Virus record (IMG/VR): IMGVR_UViG_3300001202_000008
Span: 1-40,903 of that record
DNA: 40,903 nucleotides
Direction: 5' to 3' (one strand)
DNA from: a virus
Below are positions 40,814 through 40,903 of the stretch, piece by piece; position 1 is the stretch's first letter; each line of letters begins with the position of its first letter. The notes below the pieces were generated by a model, which was given only the letters and a program-made list of their open reading frames with translations, did not search any database and was not told the origin of the DNA. A program made the position numbers and the translations under genes.

Positions 40814-40903
40814 TGCAGTGTCGCTATAAATTTATGGGATGAGTTACCAACTGAAAAAAACTTAGTGCCGCCGTCGCCCTCACGAGCGATCTCACAACCC
40901 TCT
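40795..40903 (-). CDS. C-terminal end of the junction-spanning lipoprotein gene (the unique part is 40795-40854)
   Basis: ...EGDGGTKFFSVGNSSHKFIATLQCQKIE then TAG at 40795-40797. In frame with 1-348 once the 49-bp repeat is collapsed. Confidence 0.55.
   Translation of the reverse strand, partial: EGCEIAREGDGGTKFFSVGNSSHKFIATLQCQKIE
40855..40903. repeat. Terminal direct repeat, copy 2
   Basis: Identical to 1-49. Confidence 0.95.

Overview
The window is one complete tailed-phage genome of about 40.85 kb. Bases 1-49 recur exactly at 40855-40903, which indicates a circular or terminally redundant assembly, and one gene wraps this junction. No rRNA, tRNA, CRISPR array, integrase or partition genes were recognised.

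Transcription diverges from a switch region at 11134-11269.

- **Rightward arm (11270-17728, + strand):** an XRE regulator, an SMC/Rad50-like ATPase, two PD-(D/E)XK nucleases and small accessory ORFs.
- **Leftward arm (11133 down through the junction to 17725, - strand), early genes:** a Cro-like gene, a RuvC-like resolvase, three orphan adenine methyltransferases of three different families, two HNH nucleases, a T5orf172 protein, a LexA-DNA-binding-domain-only protein, and a wHTH replication initiator with internal iterons.
- **Leftward arm, accessory cassette:** membrane and lipoprotein genes, a GNAT, a Dam-like methylase and a DUF1353 protein.
- **Leftward arm, late genes:** an HK97/GTA-like module running from P27-type TerS, TerL, portal, prohead protease and HK97-fold capsid through connectors, major tail, G/GT chaperone with a -1 frameshift, tape measure and GTA-like distal tail genes to host-specificity protein and an esterase tail fibre. 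A lysis cassette follows: holin, CHAP-like endolysin and overlapped spanins.

The GTA-like structural module and the regulator types suggest an alphaproteobacterial host. This is inference.

Most notable observations:
1. Eleven copies of an 18-bp dyad motif, GYAG-N10-CTRC, lie in three intergenic spots that bracket the accessory cassette and precede a terminator upstream of the endolysin.
2. A paralogue of the prohead protease sits in the early operon and lacks the catalytic His.
3. An ATPase/membrane/nuclease cluster has no recognisable annealing protein.
4. A second spanin-like pair lies far from the lysis genes.
5. An HNH gene has a conserved N-terminus with no start codon.

All functional calls rest on motif recognition by eye. 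No database search was run.
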